NCBI RefSeq assembly: GCF_006345805.1
Contig: NW_021833159.1
Span: 1 to 29,172 of the forward strand
Origin: Octopus sinensis
Lineage: Eukaryota
Reading direction: 5' to 3'
Length of the DNA stretch: 29,172 nt
Below, piece after piece: positions 11,955 to 22,460 of this stretch; the stretch's first letter is position 1, and each line of letters starts with the position of its first letter. Both the position numbers and the translations under genes were made by a program. Below the pieces are notes generated by a model. That model searched no databases and was not told the origin of the DNA. It saw only the letters and a program-made list of their open reading frames with translations.

Positions 11955-12880
11955 ATACACACATATATATATGTGTATATATAAATGTATGTATGTACAT
12001 ATATATGTGTGTATGTATGAGAGAATATTTACAGAGAGAAAGTGAGAGAATGAAGGGAAGAGAGAAAGAAACTATTTTATGTATGGGGCCCTGTGGGGCC
12101 CTGTATGAGGTTTCTCAACCTGTTATATATGCTTACACCCTTGCACCGTGCACTGTTGCACCCTTGCACCAACAGACTTAGAAACATCTGCTTAAGTCTC
12201 ATGGGTTCTTCGACATCAAGTTACGCAACAAAAACTGTATTTAAAAGAATTGTATAAAAATGCAGAAATGAAGATTCAAGTGTCAAATCGCCAAATCGAT
12301 TAGACACTCAGGTATTAGCTGGAAGGTTCTTAGTTCAATTCGACTTGAAGCGACTTCCTTTGTCTGTTTTTGTTTAAATCAACATTCAATTGAAAGACGC
12401 GAATCGGCTGAGTCTATAGAACTTTTGATGCAATTACTTGTGTATTTATTTCGACTCCCAGCGTCCTCGAGTTGCTTATAATTTCGAGATCAATAAAATA
12501 AATAAATAAATAAGTAAAAGGTTACAAATCGAGTATAGGGGTTTAGCAGATCATTTAAGGGTCGGGCATGAGACCTTGTGGTATCTGATCTGGTTCTTCA
12601 TGTCCTGACTGCAGTCTCTGCCATGACATTTGTACCAAACTGTTCCGACTCAAGTCAGTAGCCATTTCCTCGAAGAAGCATTAAAGGTGTGGAAAAGAAA
12701 AATTGCATTCCTGAGCAACTGTTAGCGTTCTACCAAAACATCTTGCCTAGACCCGCATATGCCTATGCAGGTGCGAGGACAGCGTTTCGCCAACGAATAC
12801 TCTTCCACATTAGATTTGCCTCATCACACATACACAGGCGGGTAAGAGGTACCAGATTACTGGGAATTATTAATTCAGTT

Positions 12881-13240
12881 AACGTCGGACGAAATGCTTA
12901 GCAGTATTTCTTCCGTAACAAGGCGGCGAGCTGGCAGAAACATTAGCACGCCGGGCGAAATGCGTAGCTGTATTTCGTCTGCCGTTCTGAGTTCAAATTG
13001 CGCCCAGGTCGACTTTGCCTTTCATCCTTTCGGGGTCGATAAATTAAGTACCAGTGACGCACAGGGGTCGATGTAATCGACTTAATCCGTTTGTCTGTAC
13101 TTGTTTGTCCCCTCTATGTTTAACCCCTTGTGGGTGGTAAAGTAATAGGTATTTCTTCCGTATCATTAGGTTCTGATTTTAAATACTCCTGAGACCAGCG
13201 TTGCTTGTTATCCTTTCGGGGTCGGTAAAATGAAGTACCA
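12881..13240 (+). mobile_element. Older SINE family A copy (host), split into 12881-12917 and 13149-13240 by a younger insertion
   Basis: aacgtcggacgaaatgcttagcagtatttcttccgta...tcattaggttctgattttaaat...tcctttcggggtcggtaaaatgaagtacca is colinear with the family A body once the insert is removed. Confidence 0.7.
12918..13148 (+). mobile_element. Young SINE family A copy with 14-bp target-site duplication
   Basis: Head aaggcggcgagctggcagaa...ttctgagttcaaatt, body ctttgcctttcatcctttcggggtcgataaattaagtacc. gtatttcttccgta occurs at 12904-12917 and again at 13149-13162. Confidence 0.9.
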
Positions 13241-13647
13241 AACAAGCACATGCAACCCTGTTGCCCCTCCTCTTAAAATGAATACACTTGTTCAAAAATT
13301 TAAAACAATATTGCCGGTGTTGGACTGATTTCCAGTTAAAGCATCAAGTCTTTATCAGTGACGGTTATCTATCGATCAGGGCAATTCAATTGTTATCAGT
13401 TTCATGGTGCGAAATCATGGCTAAGCAGACATCTTCAGTGGTAACAGACGGCAGATCACTACTGTCCATAAAGAAATCATACAATCGCGATTTCCTCATT
13501 TTCGATGTGTAGATATCTTTGTCAACTGAGCAAGCAACCTTGAGTAGACTATACAATACAAATGAAGATCAACAGACAGAAACCTATGCGTAATTATTTT
13601 CCTTGCATGTAAACAAAGCGCATACCTTCATCGAAGGATTGCATATA

Positions 13648-13684
<37 letters not shown>

Positions 13685-13941
13685 GTGAATAACATTCAAA
13701 TACCACAGTGTGCATGTATGTTCATATATAGATATTTGCGTAAGGTAAGCAGTAATTATATTTGAATAAATATATTAGAGTAAATAATTAGAATATATAA
13801 GAATAGCAATAAATATATTAGAATAAATATGGAAAAGTTCTCATAGCCTCCTGCCCACGCTACAGTGTTTTTTGGTATTCAACTACTGAATTCACTCCGC
13901 TCTTGAATTGACGGTCAAAACAGACTGACATACTACTACAC

Positions 13942-13990
<49 letters not shown>

Positions 13991-13991
13991 T

Positions 13992-14062
<71 letters not shown>
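13942..14062. repeat. (GATA)n microsatellite, about 120 bp
   Basis: Directly visible. Confidence 0.97.
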
Positions 14063-14344
14063 TGGGTGCCTATGTGTGTGTGTGAGTATATATGAGTTTA
14101 TGCGTTTATGCGTTTGCGTATTATATACATACATACATATATATATATATATTATATATATATATATATCTATATATATATATACAGATAACACACATCA
14201 ACGAATTCATCCAAATATAAGGAGATGAATATGTATCTGCATAACCTGTACCAATGTGTGGTATGTGTATCTCTGTTCATGTACACCGATGTAAAGAGTC
14301 TTTAGAGATCTATGCTTCATTATGAAATGAAAAAGTAAAGCAAT

Positions 14345-14425
14345 GAAAGAAGATCTGAGCTTGATATGACTGAATAAACACTTTCATTGCGGAACCCCAG
14401 CATGGCCACAGTTCAATGACTTATA
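14345..14425. mobile_element. Decayed fragment of the GGCCATGCTGGGGCACC repeat family
   Basis: ccccagcatggccacagttcaatgact resembles 22414-22440. Confidence 0.45.
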
Positions 14426-14581
14426 ACACGTTGAATTATTGTTATTATTATATATACATATATATATATATTATATATATATATATATAGTTACATAGAT
14501 AGATAGATAGATATACACACATAGATACACAGAATATATATACACTCACACAAACACACACACACACATATATTTATATAC

Positions 14582-14627
<46 letters not shown>

Positions 14628-14722
14628 GCATGTATACATTTATACATTAATTATATATGTACTTTATATATATATATATATTATATATATTGTATATATA
14701 TGTATATATATATATATATATA

Positions 14723-14760
<38 letters not shown>

Positions 14761-15229
14761 TATGTATTATGTGTGTAGTGTGTATGTATATATTTATATA
14801 CATTGCGAAGTTCTCCTCACAACACACGCTCCTGCTTCCATACTTTCGTTATTCTCAGAAGAAAACAATTAATGCATAAATATACACACTAAAAAGAAAA
14901 CATACACCCACCACATATAAACACACACACACACACATTTGCATACGCATACACTCGTACAACTACACATGCGAGCACAAATACACACATATCTACACAC
15001 ATGTCATCAAACTCGCAACACACACTGATCCAGGCTGATTAAGCGATGTATACACAAGTTGATTGAGAGGTTGATGGCTAGTAGGTGCGTGGGTGGACAA
15101 GGTGGTAGTGTGAGGCTACTGAATAAATTAAATCGATTGATATTCTTATTGTTGTTGAGTTTGAATGTTGCTGTTGTTCTTCTTATGCTTGTTTATATTG
15201 CTCTTTATACTTTTCTGTTGTTTGGCACA

Positions 15230-15490
<261 letters not shown>

Positions 15491-15771
15491 TTCTTTTTTG
15501 ATTTTTGTATTTAATTTCGTTGTTTATTATTGTGAAGTTGAAATGCCTGTTCGATAATTATAAATGTGCGTATTTTTACACACATACATGCACACAAACA
15601 TACACGTAGAGAAGTGTGCATACCTATGTATGAATATCTATCTATCTATCTATCTATCTATATATATATATATATATATAAAACACACCAAAAACATAAA
15701 GCAGAGACAGGTGTGTGTACAACGAACAAGGTGTTTTAGTTTGACGCTAAAAAAATATGGAAGACGTTATT

Positions 15772-15799
15772 GTCGTTTCGAGCCTACGCTCTTCCGCAG
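15772..15799 (-). ncRNA. Decayed hammerhead-like motif (extra-A variant) in a probable Penelope-derived repeat
   Basis: Minus strand CTGcGGA-A-gagc/gtag/gctc-GAAA-CGaC. Stem II is perfect. The core A6 and cleavage-site U appear substituted. Confidence 0.4.
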
Positions 15800-16539
15800 A
15801 AAAGATGTGAGGAGAAAATGGATGGAGAGAGGGGAAAAAATAGAGAAAAATACGTGTCAGGGTTAATAGTTGCACATGTTGAACATATTATATATATATA
15901 TATCTATATATATATTATATATATATGTATGTATATATGTGCATGTATGTATGTATATGTATGTATGCATATGTATGTATGTATATGTATATACGTGTGT
16001 GTGTGGTGTAAGTTTAGCAACTGAAAAATGGTGATTCCATGTCAATAAATGCTATAAATTATAATGTATAAACATAAGGTTAAAACCCCTTTTTAATAAT
16101 AAATGTCGAAGGCTTCACTTGGTACTTAAGTCCACATCCCCGAATGTATGACAGGTGTTCTACCATTATACCAAAGCAATGCCTCGAAATTTCTCTCTCT
16201 AGCTTTGAAACGCTATTTGCAGTTTGCTGACGTCATAAGAAGTTAAATCGAAGAACTTATACAGCTTTAGTTGTGGTGAATCACTAACAGGAAACCACTT
16301 GTCTTCAGTCTAATAGTACCCAGTGACGCCTGCTTCGTCAGTAAATGAAAGTAAAGTGTGAGTTGACATATTAAATATAATAAACAAAAGGAAAATTGAT
16401 AAATTGCAAGTAATTACTTAATGAGGAATTAAAATGTTATTATTGTAGAGATTGATTATTGTGAGGAAAGCCCACGATGATATTCTAGAAAAAATGAATT
16501 TTTAGTAAGTGTTAGCACTTCAGGGAAGACTCCGTATAT

Positions 16540-16565
16540 GTTTCGGGATAATTAAACCTCATCAG
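16540..16565 (-). ncRNA. Hammerhead core with damaged stems
   Basis: Minus strand CTGATGA-ggtttaattatccc-GAAAC. Stem II is two changes from gggat/atccc. Stems I and III cannot be formed convincingly. Confidence 0.45.
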
Positions 16566-17000
16566 TAAGATTTAGGTAAGCAGTTGTTGCTGAACTCGGT
16601 GAGGCATAAAATCTGATGTTGAAGGGATATAACTAAATACAAAAGTGAAATTTGTTTATCACTCTGAAGTATGTAATTCATGCTTGCATTCCTATGAATT
16701 ATTTGCAATGATGTGGTTTAACAGAGTTTAAATCGCCCTTAATCTTTGCTTGTTATACATTTTACCTGTCACAAATGAATTAATGTCAATGTTGACCAAA
16801 CCATGATTCTGACTCACATTTCAGCCTATAAAATAACCCTTAAATAACTGTATGGAATTTAGTCCAACGATGTACGGCCATCATAACAATGGACGACGGA
16901 TTCATATACACATACCTTGACATATTTAACACATAAATACATGCACATACATCGAGCGCGCACACACACATATATATATACATGCACAAATACATTCGCA

Positions 17001-17165
17001 TATCTTTTATCTTTTACTTCTTTCGGACTGCGGCCCTGCTGGGGCACCAGCTTCAGGAATTTGTATTCGAATGAATTGACTGCAGCACATGCCATCTTTT
17101 AAGCCTGTACTTATTAATATCGGCCTCTTTTGCCGAATCTCTGAGTACACCGGTGGAAACACTAA
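17001..17165. mobile_element. GGCCATGCTGGGGCACC dispersed repeat family copy
   Basis: cttttacttctttcggactgcggccctgctggggcacc...ttcgaatgaattgac is the reverse complement homologue of 22370-22460. Confidence 0.65.
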
Positions 17166-17255
17166 CAGCGAGGGTTAGGGGGGGGGAACAAACGGACAAA
17201 CTCAAACACACAGACACACACAACTATATATAGATATAATATATATATATTTATA

Positions 17256-17291
<36 letters not shown>

Positions 17292-17621
17292 TGTATGTAT
17301 GTATGTATATATATATGTGTATATATATATATGTGTGTGTGTGTGTGTAATTTTATGAGAATTGAAGTGTAAATGTGATATGTTTTAAATAAATTTTTTT
17401 ATAATGCTATTAGATATTTTATCAGAATGCTTCTAACGTTTTTGAGGAAGAAATTCGTTTCTAGAGTATGAGCGCTTTCGATAAACCTTATGTAAATATT
17501 GAAAACTTACTACTGATAAGCTACAGAGGGAATACAAGAAAAGAGGATAAACAGACATTTATATTAAAGTCCCAAAGCGCGTTTCACCATTATGATTGTT
17601 TGAGGCCTTGCGATATATGAT

Positions 17622-17737
17622 CCAAATGCATATAGATCCTCAACCGCAGGGTATCCTCAGGCAACACTTTATCATATGAAACTACAATAAACTGTTCCCT
17701 GGGGATGCGTTGTGGTTGGGCATCTATATGCATGTGG
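17622..17737 (+). ncRNA. Candidate RNA hairpin (pre-miRNA-like)
   Basis: 17626-17672 pairs with 17687-17733: 38 Watson-Crick, 5 G.U, 4 mismatches, 14-nt loop. Confidence 0.4.
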
Positions 17738-18066
17738 CAGGCAGAAGACCCACCACATCAAATTCATATTGAGAAATTGGCCAGTGAATGTGACAGCGAC
17801 GGACAATGAACAATGAAGAAAACTTTTCTATATATGTAAACACTCTCCACTGTACATTCAACCAGCTTAATATGTGGGGGGAAAAAGAGCTTGACGATCG
17901 CGGTAACGTGAAACCCGTAACTTGTCGCATGAAATAGAAATCTGTTAAAATAAACAATCCACTGAAAAAATATCGTGTACTTTCTTCCGTATACATATAC
18001 ACATACATGCATATACATTTACACATAAGCATATAAATATCTATCTATATATAGTGTGTGTGTTTG

Positions 18067-18100
<34 letters not shown>

Positions 18101-18139
18101 AACACACACATATAATATATATATATATATTATATATTA

Positions 18140-18191
<52 letters not shown>

Positions 18192-18780
18192 CATATACAC
18201 ATACATATATTAGTATGTATACACCCATGCATACACACATACACGTAGAATAGATAGATATCTATAGAGACACAGACGGAAAACTGATGATTATCATTGA
18301 TGAGAGATATCAGTTCTAAAGACGTCACAAGATTCATATCATTAGGATATCCTACAAGAAAAAATATTATTGATATCACTGATTATCCATATAATATCTG
18401 CAGTGAATACAGTTTATAGTATTTATGGAGGATATTCACTCGATGTAGGACAGTTTGTGCGTATCATTCGTTTTATCTGTGTATAATGTGAGGGTGACTT
18501 TGTGTATGTGTATGTGTGCATGAATGTGTGTGAGTTTGAAAAGTGCAAATATACCTGGTTTTCTGTGCAAGTGTGTGTCATTTTTAAGTGTAGTGTAGGT
18601 TTATGAATGAATGTAAAAGTGTGTGTGCAGATAGATATATGCCTATGGGTAAATATAGATATATAATCAATCCATCTCTCACTCGATAGATGGATAGAGA
18701 GATGGGTAGATAGATAGATAGACAGATAGATAGATAGACAGACAGACAGACATAATTAGATACGTATATATAGATATATA

Positions 18781-18994
18781 TTACTTTATTGCCCACAAGG
18801 GGCTAAACACAGAGGGGACAAAGAAGAACAGACAAAGGGATTAAGTCGGTTACATTGACTCCAGTGCGTCACTGAAACTTTATTTATCGACCCCGAAAGG
18901 ATGAAAGGCAAAGTCAACCTCGATGGAATTTGAACTCAGAACGTAACGGCAGACGAAAATACCGCTAAGCATTTCGCCCGGCGTGCTAATGTTT
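18781..18994 (-). mobile_element. SINE family A copy, extreme 5' head truncated
   Basis: Reverse complement of the 12918 element (atcgaccccgaaaggatgaaaggcaaagtcaacctcg...gaactcagaacg...gcatttcgcccggcgtgcta). Confidence 0.9.
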
Positions 18995-19482
18995 GGGCTG
19001 GTTTTCTTGTACACCAGATAGCATGTTCTTAAGATGAGCACTTCGATGACTGCGATATTCTACCAGCTTCTATCAAGATGTCTTAATAGATCGAGGGACC
19101 CTGAACGAGTGTCAATACATGGAGACCACCCCGAGTACACAGAGGTCTCTAACCATGTCGGCAGCGCAGTGATTTATCTTAACTCTTCGATTTTGAGAGA
19201 TGAATGCAATCTTCCACAAAGGCCTTTGGCTCTCGCAAGAAGTGTTTATGACGTCGCGTAGGGTGGGACATATCTACAGGATAGAGAACGAAGCTATAAG
19301 ATATTCCATGAGCTCTCAGCTCTGACAGCATTGCTTCTTTTGGCAGAAACAGGTGTAACCTAATTCGTATATGTTTATATATAAATTCATATAAATAAGG
19401 ATAAGATCGTCATTTAAATATCGATCTTATCAAGTGGCCAGCATGGGAATAAAAGTCTTCAAAGGTAATAATTATTATAAAA

Positions 19483-19602
19483 ATTATAATATAGGGTATC
19501 TAAGAGACACCACCACGCTGGAAATAGCAGCCAAGATTTTGAGTCAAGCTTTGGCTACTATTTCCAGCGTGGTGGTAACACTTAGATACCCTAAATTATA
19601 AT
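19483..19602. repeat. 120-bp inverted repeat (52-bp arms, 16-nt loop)
   Basis: 19483-19534 pairs with 19551-19602 at 47 of 52 Watson-Crick positions. Confidence 0.9.
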
Positions 19603-19674
19603 GTTTATATATATACATCGTTTATAGTTTTTGTGTGTACAAGTACCATATACATATATGCATATATAAGTGCA

Positions 19675-19687
19675 TTATGATAATGAC

Positions 19688-19718
<31 letters not shown>

Positions 19719-19742
19719 TTGATGTTGATGATGATGATGATG
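19675..19742. repeat. (GAT)n microsatellite
   Basis: Directly visible. Confidence 0.95.
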
Positions 19743-19925
19743 TGGCGCACACAGTGCTTGAGTGATGCAGACAGCTTCTCGGTTATTAACTTGTTTGTGT
19801 GAATAAACTGCTTAATAAGACTTCCTGTATTGATCCAGCACAATGAATGTTGGGATTAAAAATACAACTTGTGGAACAAGGTTAATAAGTGCAGTGGAAG
19901 AGGATAAACAGTGACATATATATGA

Positions 19926-19976
<51 letters not shown>

Positions 19977-20199
19977 GATAGATAGATATATATATATAGA
20001 TAGATAGATATATATAGTATGTATGCACTCATTCATACGAATAGATTTGGAATCACGTATCCTCGTTTTCTTCATCTTTGGTTGTCATCGTCGAATTTAT
20101 CACCATCATCTCCTTCTCTGCCATCAATTTATGGTCATAACCATTATTGCCAATACCAGTTTTATCGCTACCACCAGCGTCACCGTCGAAACTACCACC

Positions 20200-20335
20200 A
20201 TGATGATGATAATCATCATCATCATCATCATCATCATAAATGTCATCATCACCATCATCATCATCATCATCATCCTCATGATCCTCTTCCTCCTCCTTAT
20301 CATCATCATTATCATCCTCATGATCATCATCATTG
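20200..20335. repeat. Degenerate (CAT)n microsatellite
   Basis: Directly visible. Source of the poly-His/Ile/Met ORFs. Confidence 0.9.
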
Positions 20336-20474
20336 ACCTGGGGTTAAGCAACAACGCGGTTGCAGACACTAGATTGTTACAACAGTGACACTCTGACGAT
20401 GTGTTCTCACTCTGTCTGGCCTAGGGTTAAAAAAAAACAATCCATTTTTGAAGTAATAGTTCCTAGGTCTTCAA

Positions 20475-20692
20475 GTAGCGAGCTGACAGAGTCATCAGCA
20501 CCCTGTGCGGACAAAATGCTAAGCGATATTTCGTCCGTCTTCATGTCCTGACTTCAAATTCCACCAAGATCGTCTTTGCCTTTCATCTTTTCGAAGTCGA
20601 TAAAATAAATACCAGTTGGATACTGAGATCAATATAATCAACTTAACCCTCCCTTAAAATTGCTGGCCTTGTGCCAAAATTTGAAACCTATA
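20475..20692 (+). mobile_element. SINE family A copy (alternative tail)
   Basis: agcgagctgacaga...aaatgctaagcgatatttcgtccgtc...ttcaaattcc...tttgcctttcatcttttcgaagtcgataaaat...ccttgtgccaaaatttgaaacc. Confidence 0.8.
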
Positions 20693-20729
20693 TTTTCTCC
20701 ATCCTAGACTTCTTACCTCACCCTGGTCA

Positions 20730-21560
20730 TATTAATCAATATTAAGACTAGCACCATATTTATTCTTTAACTGTTCATGACTGGCACAGACTTATGATTA
20801 TGACTAACATTGTACATTGCACTTAAGGTTTATGAGTATCACCACACATGTTTCTTATAGTTTATGACTGATGTATATCAGAGTTTATGACTGACTCCGT
20901 TCTAATAGCTTAGTATTACGACTGATGCCATACCTATTACTTAAGGTTACAACTGACACTACACATTAAAAATATGACTAACATATTTTATTACTAATCC
21001 ATACATGTTACCGAGAATTTATGACTGATATTATTTTTAGTACTTACGATTATAATTAAGACCAAGATTACTACAGAGTGTTACATCCAACACCATATTT
21101 ATTAAGATTATAATGAACACCACATTTATTCCGTTATGTTTATGACTGAGAACATACTTGTAATTCAGAGTTTATGACTACTCCGTACGTATTACTCGGA
21201 GTTTATGACAGATACTAAATATGATGAATTAAAAATCTGTCATTCCGTCGCTTACGACAATAGCGATTCCAGCTGAGCCTGCTTATGAAATTCATGTGCA
21301 AGTGGCTTGGCTCTCCATAGACATGCGTACCCATAAAGTAGATCTCGGGTAAATTCCGTGTGACACAGTATGTGACAAGGATGATCTTTCCTGTTACAAG
21401 CACATCTCATTTTTGCTGGAGGACACAACGTTCTGCTGGAAATCGAACACAGGATATTAAGGTCGTGAGCTGAGGACCCTTATTACGTCTAATACCATAC
21501 ATATTACTTCGAACTTAACACTGAGTCCATACATATTACACAACATATCGTAACGAACAC
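20730..21560 (+). repeat. Decayed minisatellite of roughly 30-38-bp units (ccatacatattac...gtttatgactga), interrupted by a SINE
   Basis: TTTATGAC at 20861, 20884, 21018, 21139, 21171 and 21202. ccatac(a)tattac-like words occur on both sides of the 21243-21482 SINE. Confidence 0.7.
21243..21482 (-). mobile_element. SINE family C, decayed with internal deletions
   Basis: ttccgtcgcttacgac...gcaagtggct...ctcatttttgc...ggacacaacg...aatcgaac...gtcgtgagc matches the family C copies. Confidence 0.75.
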
Positions 21561-21994
21561 CATGAATATTCACAAAACACCACGTTATAAAGTCGGTCAG
21601 AAATTTCAGATTTATTTGAGATTAAATATTATACACCCCCTGGAGAGGAAACAGTTCAGGAAAATACGAAACACCCCGTTGTTAGATGATATATAGGCAA
21701 TGCAGGTTTGAAGTTCTCCTCGCATTAATTAGTGTCTCAAACACCGTTAATTAATGTCTCAAACACCGTTAATTGATGATGTGCTAGTGCCCAGAGAAGT
21801 TTTTGAATTATTCATAATCCATCCAAGAATCGAACCCATTAACGAGTATCTCGCACCTGTAGATTCTGTAAACCACGGCCCTGTGGATCTACAAGATTCT
21901 ACCGTCCTTTATCCTTCTTGGACTAGCAACCATGCCTTCCTATGTCGGCTCAAATACACCTGGTACAGTTACGAAGATCAGTGTGAAATATATA

Positions 21995-22150
21995 GGCGCA
22001 ATCGTAGATGTGTAGTAAGAAGTTTGCTTCCCAACCACATGGTTCTGGGTTCAATCCCACTGCGTTGCACCTTGCGCTAGCGTTTTTTACTATAGCTTTG
22101 GGCTGACCTTGGACTTTCTACCATTGTAGATGGCAACTGAAAACAGTCTC
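21995..22150 (+). mobile_element. SINE family B, decayed
   Basis: ccaaccacatggttctgggttcaatcccactgcgttgcaccttg matches the 2763 copy. Confidence 0.8.
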
Positions 22151-22196
22151 TCATGAATATGTATGAATATATGTTTGTGTGTGTGTGTCTGTGCGC

Positions 22197-22251
<55 letters not shown>

Positions 22252-22253
<2 letters not shown>

Positions 22254-22460
22254 TGTCCCCCTGAGACTGCTTGACAACCATTGTTGGTGTTTTTACATTC
22301 CTGTAACTTAGTGGTTCGGCAAGAAGAGAACGGTGGAATAGGCATCAAGCTTTTAAAAAAGAAAGTAATATGTAATAGAGTAAATTCATTCGAGTAAAAA
22401 ATACAAGACGGTGCCCCAGCATGGCCGCAGTCTAATGACTGAAACAAGTAAAATATAAAA
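22252..22460. mobile_element. GGCCATGCTGGGGCACC dispersed repeat family copy
   Basis: gacggtgccccagcatggccgcagtctaatgactgaaacaagtaaaa. Homologous to 17001-17165 in the opposite orientation. Confidence 0.75.

Noticed and set aside
12689-12901. ORF with a faint likeness to LINE RT C-terminal motifs (LLAFYQ...P..Y)
   Set aside because: The similarity is too weak to call by eye. Kept only as an unassigned island.
16105-16185. tRNA-like sequence on the minus strand
   Set aside because: It is degenerate, with no intact B box or cloverleaf. At most it is an old SINE head. The SINE heads elsewhere are likewise not tRNA genes.
16350-16720. Possible decayed mariner transposase (ENIDK..., AH..IL...F.KV, VYH)
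   Set aside because: It needs many frameshifts and stops to align, and it overlaps a better-supported hammerhead core. It cannot be supported without a profile search.
17172-17186. GGGTTAGGG telomere-like word and G-run
   Set aside because: A single unit only, with too few separated G-tracts.
18284-18315. CTGATGA as a hammerhead core
   Set aside because: It is not followed by a stem II and GAAA.
20676-20700. Sequence resembling the reverse complement of a KIWFQ exon
   Set aside because: It translates to RKYRFQI, lies in a SINE tail, and is on the wrong side of the homeobox exon. The IWFS-like word near 28715-28730 is rejected because it is also on the wrong side and lacks QN.
21754-22080. 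108-aa plus-strand ORF
   Set aside because: No recognisable domain. It starts in a tandem duplication and ends inside a SINE.
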